Source: an uncultured Methylomirabilota bacterium (GTDB taxonomy: Bacteria; Methylomirabilota; Methylomirabilia; Methylomirabilales; 2-02-FULL-66-22). From it: a stretch of DNA of 64,000 nt. Each line of letters begins with the position of its first letter. Positions within the stretch are counted from its first letter, which is position 1. The DNA lies in NCBI GenBank assembly GCA_963705305.1, contig OY970067.1, positions 1,568,001-1,632,000 on the forward strand, read 5' to 3'. A model generated the notes under the pieces. The model made no database searches and was not told where the DNA came from. It saw only the letters and a list, made by a program, of their open reading frames with translations. Shown here in pieces: positions 62,131 through 64,000 of this stretch. A program made the position numbers and the translations under genes.

Positions 62131-62163
62131 AAGCCCCCGTAAACGTAAGGTTTACGGGGGCTT
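62131..62163. terminator. Perfect 14-bp hairpin
   Basis: AAGCCCCCGTAAAC-gtaag-GTTTACGGGGGCTT, downstream of dctP. Confidence 0.7.
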
Positions 62164-62306
62164 CGCTTCCGGTCTTTCTCGGTCAACTGGCTGGAGTCGG
62201 CCGGATGTGGCCATTCCTTCCGTCCCGCGGGCGCACCCCCACCCTCCCGTCCGGTTCCTGCCGGCCGGCGCCCGGGATCCGCCGAACCGGCTCCCGGCCT
62301 CGTCGG

Positions 62307-63302
62307 CTACTTCTCCAGGGCCTTGATCTGTCCGTACAGGCCGACCCAGGGAAGCTTGGATTCCGGGACCAGCGCCGCGGCCCGCGCCCGGAAGGCCGCA
62401 ATGTCGGGGTCCTTGACCAGCGTGACCCCGTTTGTGTGCTCGAACAGCGCCAGCATCTTCTCGTCGTTCTCTCGGGTCAGCTTGACGTCATACTCGCCGG
62501 CGGCGGCGACGGCACTCCCAATCAGCTTCTGCTGGTCCGGCGTGAGGCCGTCCCAGAACTTCTCGTTCATGAGGGTGACCTGGGACTGCAGGATATGATT
62601 CGTCAAGATGATATGGCTTTGCACCTCGTAGATCTTCGTTGCGTATATGAACGACAGCGGGTTCTCTTGGGCGTCGACCACCCGCTGCTTGAGCGCGAGA
62701 TACAGTTGCTGCGGATCGAGCGGTACGGGATTCCCTCCCAGCACCCGCCCGGCCAGGAGATTCGTCGGTGACGGGGGCGTGCGGATCTTCAGCCCGGCGG
62801 CGTCCTCAGGCCTCCGGATGAGCTTGTTGGCGGTGAGCTCGCGGGTCCCGTAGTACCAGTGCGTGCCCAGGAGCTTGATCCCCGCCTTGGCCAGATCGGC
62901 CCGGATGGGATCGAAGAGCGGGCCGGTCGTCACCCGCACGAGGGTCGCATAGTCGGTCCAGACGAAGGGCGCATCCATGACGCCGACCAGGGGGACGACG
63001 TTCCCCAGCGTGCTGGCGGAGTCCACGGACATTTGGATCGTCCCCTGCCGCACCTGCTGAATGACCTCGTTCTCTCCGCCCAGCTGGTTGTAGGGGTACA
63101 CCTGTACGGTGATCTGACCGTGCGATCCCTGCTCGACCAGCTCCTTGAACCGCAAGGCTGCCATTGCGATCGGCTGGCCCTCCGGAATGGTGTGCGACAG
63201 CTTAATCACGATCGGGCCCTGTGCCGTGACGGGGGGCGCGCCTGCGGCGACGAGCACGCAGGCCGCCGCGCATCCCAGCAGACAACTGATGAACCGCCTC
63301 AT
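62307..63302 (-). CDS. dctP: TRAP transporter substrate-binding protein DctP
   Basis: Signal peptide, QLGGE, GLKIRTP, VVDAQENP. Confidence 0.95.
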   Translation of the reverse strand: MRRFISCLLGCAAACVLVAAGAPPVTAQGPIVIKLSHTIPEGQPIAMAALRFKELVEQGSHGQITVQVYPYNQLGGENEVIQQVRQGTIQMSVDSASTLGNVVPLVGVMDAPFVWTDYATLVRVTTGPLFDPIRADLAKAGIKLLGTHWYYGTRELTANKLIRRPEDAAGLKIRTPPSPTNLLAGRVLGGNPVPLDPQQLYLALKQRVVDAQENPLSFIYATKIYEVQSHIILTNHILQSQVTLMNEKFWDGLTPDQQKLIGSAVAAAGEYDVKLTRENDEKMLALFEHTNGVTLVKDPDIAAFRARAAALVPESKLPWVGLYGQIKALEK

Positions 63303-63341
63303 GGATCCCTCTCCTTTTCGTGGGGCCTTTGCCTCGGCCGT

Positions 63342-64000
63342 TCAGAACACGTGCAACAGCTGCGGCACGATCATGGTGATCTGCGGAATCAGGATGAGCA
63401 GGATCAAGTCCACGATGATGGCAATCCAGAAGGGCACGATGGCCCGGGTGACCTCCTCCAGCTTTGCGCCTGTGATGGCCCCGGTGATATACAGCAGAAA
63501 CCCGACCGGCGGCGTCACGATCCCCAGGGACGAATTGGCGAGGAAGAGGATGCCCAGATGGATGGGGTCCACCCCCGCCTGAGCGAAGATCGGCAGGACG
63601 AGCGGAACGATCAGCATGAGCGTCGATGCCGTTTCCAGGACCTCGTGGATCAGCACCAGGATGACCATCAACAGTCCGATGAGGATCAGCGGATCGTGGG
63701 AGAGCCCCAGGATGCTCCGGGCCAGAGCCTGCGGGATCTGCTGCAGTGTCAGGAGCCAGCTGAGCAGCAGCGCGCCGGAGAGGATGAACATCACCCGCGT
63801 TGTCGATATGACCGCGTCCCCCAGACTCTTCCACACCCCAGCGACACCCAGGGAGCGGTACGGCCCCACCACGATCATGAGCGTATACAGGACGGCGATC
63901 ACCCCAGCCTCGGAGGGGGTCACCGCCCCGCTCAGGATCCCTCCGAGGATGCTCAGCGGAGCCAGGAGGCCCCAGAGGGCGCCACGGAAGGCGTCCCAGA
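63342..64000 (-). CDS. dctM: TRAP transporter large permease DctM, partial
   Basis: TPSEAG, GVDPIHLG, TPPVG; open at the right edge. Confidence 0.93.
   Translation of the reverse strand, partial: WDAFRGALWGLLAPLSILGGILSGAVTPSEAGVIAVLYTLMIVVGPYRSLGVAGVWKSLGDAVISTTRVMFILSGALLLSWLLTLQQIPQALARSILGLSHDPLILIGLLMVILVLIHEVLETASTLMLIVPLVLPIFAQAGVDPIHLGILFLANSSLGIVTPPVGFLLYITGAITGAKLEEVTRAIVPFWIAIIVDLILLILIPQITMIVPQLLHVF

Overview
GC-rich bacterial accessory DNA built from several stacked islands; taxonomy cannot be established from this window. (1) 1-23.1 kb is a mostly minus-strand protein-quality-control/stress island: groES-groEL, dnaK-grpE-dnaJ-cbpM, ftsH, two csp genes, VIT1/CCC1, a B12 radical SAM enzyme, a fatty acid desaturase, several duplicated small unknown proteins and many truncated gene remnants. 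It is organised by four copies of one sigma54 promoter cassette (tandem CCGA-N4-TCGG enhancer, IHF-like site and TGGAT(C/T)-N5-TTGCAT promoter at near-identical spacing) next to a GAF-AAA+-Fis activator gene. (2) 23.9-26.6 kb is fur-katG. (3) 27.1-33.9 kb is a small integrated element between tRNA-Glu 3'-end-like repeats. It has a CopG-like regulator with a palindromic operator, an HUH rolling-circle Rep with a CTTGATA nick-site-like motif, a tyrosine integrase, and AT-rich ABC-ATPase + TOPRIM-like cargo (candidate anti-phage system). (4) 34-50 kb is an envelope-remodelling module (three PAP2/DedA proteins, OmpR-family two-component system, PepSY, ABC-2 transporter, two Ig-like proteins, AsnB, ArnT-like glycosyltransferase, LptF) with three cop-box-like operators, bracketed by serine-recombinase-like remnants. 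(5) 50-62 kb holds a Ser/Thr kinase-TM-POTRA fusion, IS630, IS21 and a cluster of four toxin-antitoxin modules among short repeats. (6) A tRNA-Val-like 3' fragment and TRAP transporter genes lie at the right edge. All family calls are by motif recognition only; no database search was run.
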